A DNA stretch of 26,320 nucleotides from Candidatus Iainarchaeum sp. (GCA_038736825.1 JAVYME010000016.1:1-26320), one strand, 5' to 3'; counted from the stretch's first letter, positions 6,555 to 15,779 are shown. Made by a program: numbers and translations. The notes: generated by a model from the letters alone, not told the origin.

Positions 6555-9500
6555 TTAATCTTTGCTTTTGTCTTTCACGTCTTCAATTCCCTTTTCAGTC
6601 ACTTGGTATAATGCTTCGCCGTCTGGAAGGCTTGGAGAGTCCACCAGTTTTGCTATTCTTTTTTCACCCTTGCTTTTCCTCAAGTACAAGCGAGTTTTGC
6701 TGTTGTGTACAACGAAACCATTCGCAATGTAGTTTTCTGTCAGAGGAACGCTCAAATCGTAAAGTGGCTGGTTATTTGTCATTTTTCTGATGGTTCTCAC
6801 TTTTTCAAATTTTACCTCTCCGTGGAGAATTGCCATTAAAAACTCTTTTTTATTTTTTAAGCTGTCTTCCTTTATTTCCTTGCCTTCGAGGGCTAGGGCT
6901 ATTTTTTCACCCTCTTGCAGGGTTATGTGCCTGTAATTTCGATAAGGAATTGGTTTTTTCTCTTTCTCGAAGGTTTTTGCTAAGAATTGCCATACCGCGC
7001 TTCTCTCCATTGGAATTATCCTTTTAGCTCTCTCTGGTTTGAAAGTGCAAATCCATTTTTGCAGTTTCTGGTTTTTGTCTGGAGCGCTCACCCCTATTAA
7101 TTCTCCATATTTAACAACGTTTTCGCTGAACAAGTCAAGCGAGTATGCTGGCTTGTTGTATCTAGTGAGCCTGGAACCAATTCCGAACCGCAATAATAGC
7201 AATTGAATAAATTGTAATATTTTTTTGTCGTTTTGGGCTATTGTTATCCTTCTTATCTTGCTGTCAATTGAACCTTCAGCGTCAACAAATCCTTTTATGA
7301 AGGCTTTCACTGTATCATCTTCTGATTTTGGCACAAGAACGACATAGTTTTTTTTAATCCATTGCATTAACTCCGTGATTTCCCTGCTGTTTATTCTCAT
7401 CCTAAAAGCATTTTTGCCATTGATTTTTGAAATTCGGCAATCACAGTTGAAAACTATCTTGAAGAGTTTTTGGTATTCTTTGAGCACTTCTTCTCTTGAG
7501 TCCTTGAATTCAATGTTCCTTTTTCCAATAAAACCGTCGCCAAGCATATAACCCGTTATTTGAGCAAGTTCTTTGGTGAAGAATTCTGGCATTCTCAGCA
7601 CCTTGTGTTTGTTTGAAGCGAGTGGCATGATGTTTTCCAAAATTTCTTCGCTTTGGCTCAATTCAGCGATCTTTTCCAGATTGCTTTTTGCTGTAGGACA
7701 ACCTTGATTCAAAACCCGCCTGAGCTGTCTTGGGGTTATGTCAAGGCAATGGCAGATTTCACCCCGGGTTTGTCCAATTTGGTTTAGGCATTGCTTGACT
7801 AGTTGGGCTCCATTTTTGCTGACCATTACAATTTGCACTGGCTCTTTGGCAGGTATTTTTTGGAGGGTGCCAAGCACTCGTATGCTGCCAGCATGCATCA
7901 AATAATCCCCTTTCCTTATTTGGCTGGCTTTAACTTCTTTAAGGCCAAATTTGCAGAGTTTGAAGAACCTGTGTTCTGGTGAAACAGTTATCTGGTGCCC
8001 GGTATCAATTTCATATACTGTTTTTATGTCATGTCTGACAGACCTTTGCATGGCCTGAGCGTTTACTATTTGCAGTTTATTTCTGTTGTCGACTGCTAAA
8101 AGGTTCCATTCGCTTAATTCTGCTATTGCCTGTATTGCGCCGCTGTTTGTTTGGACAAGGCTGTCGCCTGCAAGGCAAGCGTGTCCCACGATGTTGCCTC
8201 CAACTGGCGCTGTTGGGTCTCCAAACAAAATATCCGGTCTTTCCATTACTTGGTTTGTGACTAGGACAACCACGTTGTACATTTCCGCTATTTTCATTAG
8301 TTGTCGCATGTGTTTGTTGAGTTTTTGTTGTCTTTCAGCGAGTAAACCCCGCCCTATGTATTCTGACCTGAATTGTGAGGTGAGCGAGTCAACTATTACC
8401 AGTTTTATGTTTTTTTCTTTTATGATGTTTTCTGCTTTTTCAGCTAAAAGCATTTGGTGGTCTGCATTGTATGCTCTTGCCACATAAATGTTTTTTAGTG
8501 CTTTTTCTGGGTCAAGCCCTTTGGCTTTGGCTATTGCCATTATTCTTTCAGGCCTAAAGCTTGATTCTGAATCTATGTATAGCACGTTTCCGTTCAAGCC
8601 GCCTTTTTCTGGCGGAAGCTGTGCCATAACACACATTTGGAAGCACCATTGAGTGTTGTGTAGGAATATTGGCTTGTTGCCGCCTATAAAACTGTGTGTT
8701 TTTGGCACTACAAGGTCATACACCCAGTCATTGTATTGAATTTCTTTTTTTGTTGTGATTTTTTCCCATTGTATTTGTCCGTTTGCTAGGGTGATGAGAG
8801 TGTTTAAGTCTTTTTTGAGTTCTTTGTCTTCAAGCAGGCCATCTGTTTCTTTTTTTAGAACTGTGGCAATCTTTTCTGCAGTTGCACTTGACATGTGCCT
8901 TGTTATATAGTTTTGGAATGTTGATCTCTTTAGGCAGAGTTTTTCCCTGATTTCTGTTGTGCGAATTGGCATTACTGAGAGTGCTTTCATGACTTTACTG
9001 GGTGTTGGGTTTTCAAGCAGCCTTCTGGCTTCTTTTATTTCTCTTATTCTGGTTTTAAAGAATCCAAGCATGTCATTGAGGGTTTTTTCTGTCACGCGTT
9101 CCATGTGTGGGTGTTTTCCAATAAAGGTTACAAATGGGTTTTTGTAGCCTTTTTTGTACATGGCTTGCTTGCTCCACTTGTTGAAGTGCCTTCTTGAACC
9201 GCTTAGTTTTGAGTAAATGCGCCTGTAAAGTGGTTCAATGACTTTGATTGGAATGCAATATTTTGTTGAAAAATTTTTTTCTCCCGCTATTTTTTGGTTT
9301 TTTATGGTTTCACTCATTATTTTTTCTATTTTTTTCTTAGATTCAGTGTCTGTTATGTAAAGCACATAGTATTTTTTGCCTTGAGCGATTTTTTCTCTTA
9401 AAGTGACTTGAATGCCTAGGATTGCAAACAGGTATCCAAGTTGTTCGCTGAGCTTTTTTGATTTTGTGCACATGGAAACTGTCTTTGATATGTGTCCATC

Positions 9501-10526
9501 GCCTTCTAGATAGCCTTTCAAGAATGCTTCAATTGTGGCTTTTTGGCTTTGCATTATTTCTTCTGGGACAAATTTGTTGCCAGCAGTGCAATGTGCCAGT
9601 TCTTTAAGAAACTCTCTTGTCGGCTTTTTTAGTATTATTAGTCCTTTTTTCTTTACAAGCCTTGGCTTATACTTGAATTTTTTTTCAATGTAAGTCAAAA
9701 CTGTTTTCTGGATTTTTTCATTGTAATTTGTAATGCTCAACGGGTTTCCACAACCTTCTGCGACAAACAAGCCTAAAAAGTAGGCATCTTGTTTATCAAT
9801 CGTGTGCGAGCTTGGCGTTCTAATTATTTTTGGTGTTCCAATAAAGTCGCCTTCTTTAAGGAGCTCGGTGGATTTCCATTGGATTCCGTTTTCTGTCAAT
9901 GTTAGGAGGGGGTGAAAGCCAGTTAGTTTTATTATGCCGCCCCTTTCTGTTTCAATAAGTTGCAGGGTTTCCACTTTTTCTTTATACAGGTATTGTGCAT
10001 GGCTTTTCTCTATTTTTCCATACTTATTTATTCCAATTACTTTTACGGGTTTTTTCAGTTCAGCAATATAGCCGGAATCGAATTTTCTTTCGTTTACTGC
10101 ATACTTTTTGTAAAAATCCTCAATGGGTTCAAGGTGTGGTTTGTTAGGGTTCAAGTAGAATATGTTGGTGTCGCCTGAAATGCATTTCCCGCTCGCCATC
10201 TTGCCGTACACTTCTGTAATGCTTTGGGTTTCAAGTCCTCCGCCAAGCAATTCATCTAATTCTTTGCTGCCAGTGCGTATGCGCCCGATTTTTTCTCTTC
10301 TTTTTTGGATTGAATCTGCTGTTTCAAAGCCCATTTCGAGTGCATCCCTTGCTGCTTTTATTGCTTTTTCTGCTGTTTTTTCTCCAATTCCAGCCACTTC
10401 TGTTAATTCCATTGGGGATGCTACTGCAATGCTTTCAATGCTTCGATAGTTTGCTTTGAATAGTTTTTCTGCGGCTTGCGGGCCTATTCCGGGTAAATCG
10501 CTAACTTCTTTTATTTCTCCAGCCAT
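6555..10526 (-). CDS. radA: DNA repair and recombination protein RadA precursor with two inteins (1323 aa; predicted spliced RadA 321 aa)
   Basis: N-terminal HhH ([12 protein letters not shown]). Walker A GKMASGK|T is interrupted after the Lys. Walker B LVIVDS. C-terminal [26 protein letters not shown]. Extein segments are aa 1-114, 625-783 and 1276-1323. Confidence 0.95.
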   Translation of the reverse strand: MAGEIKEVSDLPGIGPQAAEKLFKANYRSIESIAVASPMELTEVAGIGEKTAEKAIKAARDALEMGFETADSIQKRREKIGRIRTGSKELDELLGGGLETQSITEVYGKMASGKCISGDTNIFYLNPNKPHLEPIEDFYKKYAVNERKFDSGYIAELKKPVKVIGINKYGKIEKSHAQYLYKEKVETLQLIETERGGIIKLTGFHPLLTLTENGIQWKSTELLKEGDFIGTPKIIRTPSSHTIDKQDAYFLGLFVAEGCGNPLSITNYNEKIQKTVLTYIEKKFKYKPRLVKKKGLIILKKPTREFLKELAHCTAGNKFVPEEIMQSQKATIEAFLKGYLEGDGHISKTVSMCTKSKKLSEQLGYLFAILGIQVTLREKIAQGKKYYVLYITDTESKKKIEKIMSETIKNQKIAGEKNFSTKYCIPIKVIEPLYRRIYSKLSGSRRHFNKWSKQAMYKKGYKNPFVTFIGKHPHMERVTEKTLNDMLGFFKTRIREIKEARRLLENPTPSKVMKALSVMPIRTTEIREKLCLKRSTFQNYITRHMSSATAEKIATVLKKETDGLLEDKELKKDLNTLITLANGQIQWEKITTKKEIQYNDWVYDLVVPKTHSFIGGNKPIFLHNTQWCFQMCVMAQLPPEKGGLNGNVLYIDSESSFRPERIMAIAKAKGLDPEKALKNIYVARAYNADHQMLLAEKAENIIKEKNIKLVIVDSLTSQFRSEYIGRGLLAERQQKLNKHMRQLMKIAEMYNVVVLVTNQVMERPDILFGDPTAPVGGNIVGHACLAGDSLVQTNSGAIQAIAELSEWNLLAVDNRNKLQIVNAQAMQRSVRHDIKTVYEIDTGHQITVSPEHRFFKLCKFGLKEVKASQIRKGDYLMHAGSIRVLGTLQKIPAKEPVQIVMVSKNGAQLVKQCLNQIGQTRGEICHCLDITPRQLRRVLNQGCPTAKSNLEKIAELSQSEEILENIMPLASNKHKVLRMPEFFTKELAQITGYMLGDGFIGKRNIEFKDSREEVLKEYQKLFKIVFNCDCRISKINGKNAFRMRINSREITELMQWIKKNYVVLVPKSEDDTVKAFIKGFVDAEGSIDSKIRRITIAQNDKKILQFIQLLLLRFGIGSRLTRYNKPAYSLDLFSENVVKYGELIGVSAPDKNQKLQKWICTFKPERAKRIIPMERSAVWQFLAKTFEKEKKPIPYRNYRHITLQEGEKIALALEGKEIKEDSLKNKKEFLMAILHGEVKFEKVRTIRKMTNNQPLYDLSVPLTENYIANGFVVHNSKTRLYLRKSKGEKRIAKLVDSPSLPDGEALYQVTEKGIEDVKDKSKD
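6702..8177 (-). mobile_element. RadA intein 2 (492 aa, aa 784-1275) with LAGLIDADG homing endonuclease; inserted at GGNIVGHA|SKTRLYL
   Basis: Block A CLAGDSLV. Block [20 protein letters not shown] motifs [12 protein letters not shown] and [13 protein letters not shown]. Terminal [21 protein letters not shown] followed by +1 Ser. Confidence 0.9.
8655..10184 (-). mobile_element. RadA intein 1 (510 aa, aa 115-624) with LAGLIDADG homing endonuclease; inserted in the ATPase P-loop (GKMASGK|TQ)
   Basis: Block [12 protein letters not shown]. Block [19 protein letters not shown] motifs [13 protein letters not shown] and [13 protein letters not shown]. Terminal [23 protein letters not shown] followed by +1 Thr. 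Confidence 0.9.
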
Positions 10527-10583
10527 TTTCTCACCATTTTTGTTTATTTTTTTGTTTAATCATTTAAATATGCTTTCGGGGGT

Positions 10584-11951
10584 TCAATTCCCCTGAATTT
10601 TTTCAATTGCTGTTTTTATTTCTTTTTCAAAGCTGAGGTTTTTCACTTCGTTTACTGTTAATTCAATTTCTTCTTTGTTGAGTGCACTCGCTTTTGTGAT
10701 TCCATTGAAAATGAATTTTTTTCCAAGAATGCTTCCTGAAATTTCTTCAATTATTTCCCTTGGGTTTTTTTCTTCAAGCATTTTTGTTATTTCCTGTGTT
10801 TGCATGTCCAGTATTTTTTCCGCGTTCCTGCCAAAGGCGCTTGCCCTTATTGTTCCAGAGCCATCATCTATTGCTATGGTTGCAACCAGCCTGTCTTTTG
10901 GTTTTGTTTCTCCGCATTTTTTGCAAAGCCATGAATTGCCTTCACTGTGTGCCTTTGAACCACATTTTGTGCAAACCTTGAATGCCAGTTTTCCCTTGTT
11001 TATTGCAGTTATTGTGCCAAGCACTTCAACTTGCTCGCCTGCCAGGATTTCTGCTATGTTCTTTCTTTTGAATTCTTTTTTGCTTATTTCGGTTAAGCTT
11101 GGAATTTCAAGTTTTGTTGTCGGGTTTTTAATTATTCTTGAGTTCCAGCCCAAGTGCAGTTCAATGCTGTTAAGCCCTTTTTTTGTGTAAGCGCCTTCAA
11201 TTTTTACCAGTTCTCCTGCTTCCAGCCGGTTTGCAGTCACTGCCAAATTGTTCCAAGCGGTTGCTCTTATTTGACCGCTTTCGTCTCCCAACAAAAAGCT
11301 CACTGCTTTTCTTTTCTCTCCTTCTTTCAAGAATTCGTTCATTTCAAAAACCCTTATCACTCTTGCAAACAAGTCAATGTTTTCCATTCCTTCGCTTAAG
11401 TTTGCAATTTTTAGCGTGCTTTTTTCTGTTTTTGGAAGTGCGTTTGTGTCTATTTTTGGATTGATTTCTATTTTTCCATCATATGGGATTGTTATTTGTA
11501 ATTGTCCCTTGTAGCTTGAAACAATGGCGTTTTTTAAGAGCAGGATTGTGCCTCTTTCAACCTTTTTTTCTTCTATTTCTGTTGCTTGTTCTCCCCACAA
11601 AGTTAAGGAGATTTCGCCTGTTTCGTCGCCCACTAAAAGCCTGCAGTATTTGCCCTTTTTTCCGTCTTTTTCAAATTCTTTTGCTGTATAAACGTGCAAC
11701 ACTTTTACTGGCAATTCTATTCCTTTCAAGCCTTCCTCCAGAGTGCTGATTTTTGTTTTTTCAGGGGTTTTTTCAAAGTCTATTTTTAAGCCGAGTTCTT
11801 TTGCCACCATGAATGCAGCTCCAGAATCTGTTAGCAGGCCGGTGAATTTTCTTTTTTTTTCCTCCACTAGTGCTAGTGCTTCTTTTTCGCTTTTGCCGCT
11901 TTCTTTGCATATTTTGGCTAGCAGTCCTGCAAAATCAGTGTTTTCCTCCAT
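10584..11951 (-). CDS. Replication protein A large subunit-like ssDNA-binding protein (multiple OB folds + zinc ribbon), RPA41-like
   Basis: N-terminal LLTDSGAAFMVAKELGL motif as in Thermococcales RPA41. Repeated OB-fold pattern (GDETGEISLTLWGEQA, GDESGQIRATAWNNLA, DDGSGTIRASAFGRNA). CxxC..CxxC zinc ribbon CTKCGSKAHSEGNSWLCKKCG. The ORF opens at TTG 11963; ATG 11951 preceded by GGGGG is preferred. Confidence 0.85.
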   Translation of the reverse strand: MEENTDFAGLLAKICKESGKSEKEALALVEEKKRKFTGLLTDSGAAFMVAKELGLKIDFEKTPEKTKISTLEEGLKGIELPVKVLHVYTAKEFEKDGKKGKYCRLLVGDETGEISLTLWGEQATEIEEKKVERGTILLLKNAIVSSYKGQLQITIPYDGKIEINPKIDTNALPKTEKSTLKIANLSEGMENIDLFARVIRVFEMNEFLKEGEKRKAVSFLLGDESGQIRATAWNNLAVTANRLEAGELVKIEGAYTKKGLNSIELHLGWNSRIIKNPTTKLEIPSLTEISKKEFKRKNIAEILAGEQVEVLGTITAINKGKLAFKVCTKCGSKAHSEGNSWLCKKCGETKPKDRLVATIAIDDGSGTIRASAFGRNAEKILDMQTQEITKMLEEKNPREIIEEISGSILGKKFIFNGITKASALNKEEIELTVNEVKNLSFEKEIKTAIEKIQGN

Positions 11952-12013
11952 TAATGCCCCCAAATAAGTGTTTCAGCATTGTATTTTTAACAAATTCCCC
12001 ATTCACTCCTATT

Positions 12014-12673
12014 ATGTTTGAAAGTGTTCTTCCAAACCTGCATGTTTTTTATTCTTCCAATTATGGTTCAAATGTTTATTTCATTTTGGGCAAAAAAATA
12101 GCGGTAATTGATGCAAGCACTGGCAATAATGCTGAGGAGATCCTTTCAGGATTGAAGAGTCTTAAGATTTCACCCAAGGATGTGGATTTTCTCTTGTTTT
12201 CTCACGGGCATGCTGATCATTTCGGTTGTGCCTCGCTTTTTTCCAGGGCTGAGAAAAGAATGCATGAGTTTGATGCTGAAAAGATTGCGTTAAAGGATGC
12301 TGATTTTTCTGGTGCCAGGGTTTTTGGCTCAAAGGAGTTTCCCAAAATAGATTCCAATTATTCTGATGGCGAGGAAATAGACTTGAAGCCTTTTTCCCTG
12401 AAAGTGATTTTTACGCCGGGCCACACCCAGGGTTCTGTTTGTTTTTTTGATGAAGAGCATTCGCTTCTTTTTTCTGGCGATACTTTGTTTGCAGGAAGCT
12501 GTGGTCGCACGGACCTTGTTTCTGGCAGTGAAAAACTGCTTGTTAAATCGCTTTTAATGCTTTCAAAACTTGATTTTAGTTTTCTTTTGCCAGGCCATGG
12601 CTTGATTTTAAAGCAAGGGCAGAGAGAGAATATTGCTGAAGTATTAAAAACTCTAAAGCACAAATATTTGTGA
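12014..12673 (+). CDS. MBL-fold metallo-hydrolase (glyoxalase II-like), 219 aa
   Basis: HGHADH metal motif, TPGHTQGS, GDTLFAGSCGRTD, LPGHG. The ORF track opens at 11870, but that part overlaps the RPA gene and is Cys/Phe-rich junk; ATG 12014 is preferred. Confidence 0.8.
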   Translation: MFESVLPNLHVFYSSNYGSNVYFILGKKIAVIDASTGNNAEEILSGLKSLKISPKDVDFLLFSHGHADHFGCASLFSRAEKRMHEFDAEKIALKDADFSGARVFGSKEFPKIDSNYSDGEEIDLKPFSLKVIFTPGHTQGSVCFFDEEHSLLFSGDTLFAGSCGRTDLVSGSEKLLVKSLLMLSKLDFSFLLPGHGLILKQGQRENIAEVLKTLKHKYL

Positions 12674-12698
12674 TTCTGGCTTTTGTGAGGGGGATTGA

Positions 12699-13493
12699 AT
12701 GAAAAAATGCAGGGGTTTTGGAAGGTTTTATTCTCGCATCCTTGAAATAATTGAAAAAGATGGCGGGCTGACTTTTTTGGTGGTTGATCCCCCAAACCAA
12801 AATCCAGAGATTGCTGGCTTGGAGGGAAAAATTGCTTCAGAAGCCGGTGTTGATGCAATTGCGGTTGGCGGTTCTGTTGGAGCTCAAGGAAAGCTTTTGG
12901 ATGACACTATTGAGAGAATAAGGGAAAACTCTGACTTGCCAATAATCTTGTTTCCTGGCAATATTGCCTCTATTTCGCCAAAAGCCGATGCGGTTTATTT
13001 TATGAGCATGCTTAACTCTGTTGATCCTTATTATATTACTGGAGCGCAAATTGCTAGCGCGCTTCCAATAAAAAAAATGGGTTTGGAGGCAATTGCAACT
13101 TCGTATATTGTAATAGAGCCTGGTCGTGCTGTTGGCTGGGTTGGCAGGGCGCAACTTATTCCCAGAGAGCTTCCATATCTTGCAGGAATTACTGCGCTTG
13201 CAGGCCAAATGATGGGTTCACAGATTGTAATTCTTGAATCTGGGGGTGGAGCGGAAAAGCATGCTCCGCTTGAAATGATTTCTGCCACTCGCAATCTAAT
13301 AGATATTCCGCTTGTGGTTGCTGGCGGGGTGAAAACCAAGGAGAATGCTTTTGAATGCATAAAGGCTGGAGCTGACATAGTGCATGTTGGCACTGCAGTC
13401 GAGAATGTTGCCAACAATCGCAAAAAAGCCTTGGAAACCTTGAAGGGCATCAGTGTTGCAGTGAAAAAAGCCGGAAGGGAAAAAAAGCCTTGA
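12699..13493 (+). CDS. Geranylgeranylglyceryl phosphate synthase (GGGPS/PcrB family), archaeal ether-lipid core enzyme
   Basis: TIM-barrel PcrB-like motifs: DAIAVGGS, ILFPGN, FMSMLNS, YIVIEPG, ILESGGGAE, VVAGGVKT. SD-like GAGGGGGA lies upstream. Confidence 0.85.
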   Translation: MKKCRGFGRFYSRILEIIEKDGGLTFLVVDPPNQNPEIAGLEGKIASEAGVDAIAVGGSVGAQGKLLDDTIERIRENSDLPIILFPGNIASISPKADAVYFMSMLNSVDPYYITGAQIASALPIKKMGLEAIATSYIVIEPGRAVGWVGRAQLIPRELPYLAGITALAGQMMGSQIVILESGGGAEKHAPLEMISATRNLIDIPLVVAGGVKTKENAFECIKAGADIVHVGTAVENVANNRKKALETLKGISVAVKKAGREKKP

Positions 13494-13501
13494 AAATGTC
13501 A

Positions 13502-13541
13502 AATCAACCAATGTTATATTTTTTTATAATTTTGGTTGATT
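13502..13541. promoter_or_regulatory. Perfect 10-bp inverted repeat AATCAACCAA-N20-TTGGTTGATT bracketing a TATA-like TTATATTTTTTTATAA; candidate operator/promoter of the AbiE-like operon, or hairpin terminator of the GGGPS gene
   Basis: Arms at 13502-13511 and 13532-13541. The A/T core lies about 25-35 nt upstream of ATG 13552, implying a leaderless mRNA. Confidence 0.4.
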
Positions 13542-13551
13542 CTATTTATTT

Positions 13552-14196
13552 ATGAGATTGCCATTGTTCAACAGGCTGAAAAATCGCTTGCACAAGGATA
13601 CAGCCCTCTTACAGGACGAGATTGTGGATATTGTCTATTCGGTTGAGCCATCAGCGGTTTTACATGGCGGTACCGCTGTCTGGCGCTGTTATTCAAGCAA
13701 TCGCTTTTCTGAAGACTTGGATTTTTACCTTGGCTCAGGAAAGGCCTTCAAGGAAAAATTTTTGCCCGTTATTGAATCCCGCAATCTCTCGTTGCAAAAA
13801 TTCAAGCAAACAAAGACAACAATTTTTTCCAAAATTGCAATTGGCAATGCTGAAGTTCGGTTTGAGGCAGCACTGAGAAAACCCGATAAAATTGTTGTTG
13901 CAAGCTATGAAAAGGTTGATGGAACCTTTTTGAGTATTTTCACGCTTGCACCTGAAGATTTGTTGCTTGAAAAAATTTCTGCGTTTGAAAACAGGCGTTT
14001 GGCTCGCGACCTTTATGATATTGTTTCCCTGCTTCCATTTGTGAGGGATGAAACTGCAGTTAAAAGCAAAGCACTTGCCTTTGTTGAGTCTGCCGAAAAG
14101 CCTGTTGATGAAAAGGCGTTAAAGGCACTGGTTTTTTCTGGTGCAATTCCATCTTTTGAACAGGCTATTGCCATTATAAAGAGGCGGTTCAAGTGA
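13552..14196 (+). CDS. Nucleotidyltransferase, AbiEii/AbiGii toxin family (DUF1814/COG2253-like), short form (214 aa)
   Basis: Pol-beta NTase motif LHGGTAVWRCYSSNRFSEDLDFYL. C-terminal family motif RRLARDLYDIVSLL. Confidence 0.8.
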   Translation: MRLPLFNRLKNRLHKDTALLQDEIVDIVYSVEPSAVLHGGTAVWRCYSSNRFSEDLDFYLGSGKAFKEKFLPVIESRNLSLQKFKQTKTTIFSKIAIGNAEVRFEAALRKPDKIVVASYEKVDGTFLSIFTLAPEDLLLEKISAFENRRLARDLYDIVSLLPFVRDETAVKSKALAFVESAEKPVDEKALKALVFSGAIPSFEQAIAIIKRRFK

Positions 14197-14777
14197 AATA
14201 TGCTTTAACTGTGAGGGAGCATTTTTCAAAGCAAGCGGTTTTCAGCGTTCGCGACATTTCAATCTTTTTTTCAACTAGAGGGATTTCCAAAGGGTATGCG
14301 CGTCTTTTTCTTCATAATCTTTTGAAAAAAGGCGAAATAGTTCGTATTTCCAGGGGTGTTTATTCTTTTGAAAGGGATTCCTTGCTTTGGGGGTTTGCTT
14401 TCTCGCCTTTCTATTATGGGTTGCAGCAAGCCCTTTCTTTGCAGAATTTGTGGGAGCAAGAGAGCATTCCAGTGATAATTACACCGCGCAAAATCCGAAC
14501 TGGTTTGAGAGAGATTGGCAGCGAGAGAATTCTTGTAAGGCGGATTGACAGAAAGCTTTTCTTTGGCTTTGAAATGCTGCCTTATTATGGTCGCTTTGTT
14601 CCTGTTTCGTGCCTTGAAAAAACCCTTTTAGATTTTTTTTATTTTAGGGAGCCATTGCCAAAAAACACATTGAAGGGTTTATTGCAAAAGGCGGACAGAA
14701 AAAATTTGAATTCTTTGCTTAAAAAATACCCTGTCCATTTCAGGAAATCATTTGAAAAGAAAATTGCAAGTGTTTAG
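14193..14777 (+). CDS. AbiEi-like antitoxin / wHTH transcriptional regulator (COG5340-like), 194 aa
   Basis: N-terminal wHTH FSVRDISIFF..GYARLFLHNLLKKGEIVRISRGVYSF. C-terminal VPVSCLEKTLLDFFYF. The GTG start overlaps the upstream TGA (GTGA). Confidence 0.72.
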   Translation: MKYALTVREHFSKQAVFSVRDISIFFSTRGISKGYARLFLHNLLKKGEIVRISRGVYSFERDSLLWGFAFSPFYYGLQQALSLQNLWEQESIPVIITPRKIRTGLREIGSERILVRRIDRKLFFGFEMLPYYGRFVPVSCLEKTLLDFFYFREPLPKNTLKGLLQKADRKNLNSLLKKYPVHFRKSFEKKIASV

Positions 14778-14845
14778 GGAAAAACAGCGCATTGTTGCTT
14801 AAAGTCTTTTCCTGAAATGTTGGTTTTGTTTTTCTGGAATGCAAT

Positions 14846-15745
14846 TCATTTCATTTTTAGTGCCTTTACTGTTTCTCTTATTCCTTCTTTTGTGCTCCAT
14901 TTCGGTTTCCAGCCAAATTTTTTGATTTTTTCTATGGAGTACTCTCTGTTTCTTGCAAGCCTGTTCAAGTGTTGTGGTGTGATCAAGGATTTTGGCGATA
15001 GCACCAGGAAAATGTATGCAAGCGGTTTGCCAATCCAAAAGGGCAGTTTGATGAGTGTTGGTTTTAATCCCAGCTCTTTTTTTATTTCAATGCAAAGTTC
15101 CTCCAAGGTAATGCCTTTTTCTTCTGCTAAAATGAATGTTTCGCCCATGGTTTCCTTGTTTTCAGTGCAAAAAACAATTGCGTCAATCAAGTCGTCAATA
15201 TAGATTGTTTGCCATTTGTTTTTTCCATTGCCTATTAATGGAAAGTTTTTTTTCAAAAGCCCTGTTATTTTTTTCCAGTATTCGTTTGGGCCGAGCACTA
15301 GTGCCGGTCTTAGTATTGTTATGTTTAGCAGTTCTTGGAATTCTTGGACTTTTTGTTCTGCTTCTGCCTTGCTTTTTTCATATTTTGTTTCGGGATTGAA
15401 GCCGGATTCTTCGGTGATGATGCTATCCTGTTTTCCGTGGACTCCCACGCTGCTCAAGTGAATGAATCTTTCAACTTTTTCTTCAGCGGCTGCTTTCAAA
15501 ATGTTTTCAGTTCCTTGCACGTTCACTTTCCATAACAAGGGGGATTTTTCGTCTAAAATGGCTGCAAGGTGAATGATTGTTTCAATGCCTTTAACTGCTT
15601 TTTTGCAGTCCTCTTCTTTTTGTATGTCAAAACCGTTTTCTAGGTCGAATTCTTTCACTGAATAGCCTCTTTTTCTTAATTGTAACACTAGTTTTTTGCC
15701 AATGAAGCCGTTTGAACCGGTTACAAGAATGCTTTGTTTTTTCAT
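14846..15745 (-). CDS. NAD-dependent epimerase/dehydratase (extended SDR), 299 aa from ATG 15745
   Basis: VTGSNGFIGKKL Rossmann motif and catalytic YEKSK (YxxxK). The ORF opens at 15796, but that start overlaps the ribD stop; MKKQSILVTG is the typical N-terminus. Confidence 0.82.
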   Translation of the reverse strand: MKKQSILVTGSNGFIGKKLVLQLRKRGYSVKEFDLENGFDIQKEEDCKKAVKGIETIIHLAAILDEKSPLLWKVNVQGTENILKAAAEEKVERFIHLSSVGVHGKQDSIITEESGFNPETKYEKSKAEAEQKVQEFQELLNITILRPALVLGPNEYWKKITGLLKKNFPLIGNGKNKWQTIYIDDLIDAIVFCTENKETMGETFILAEEKGITLEELCIEIKKELGLKPTLIKLPFWIGKPLAYIFLVLSPKSLITPQHLNRLARNREYSIEKIKKFGWKPKWSTKEGIRETVKALKMK

Positions 15746-15779
15746 TTTAATTGCCTCAAACATTATGCAGTTCTTTCTA

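Noticed and set aside
11870-12013. N-terminal 48 codons of ORF 11870..12673
   Set aside because: This stretch overlaps the 5' end of the RPA gene on the other strand and encodes Cys/Phe/Leu-rich sequence. The MBL-fold homology begins after ATG 12014.
10675-13450. ORFs 10675..11190 (+), 12358..12858 (-) and 13031..13450 (-)
   Set aside because: They are antisense to the RPA, MBL-hydrolase/GGGPS and GGGPS genes. No independent support was found.
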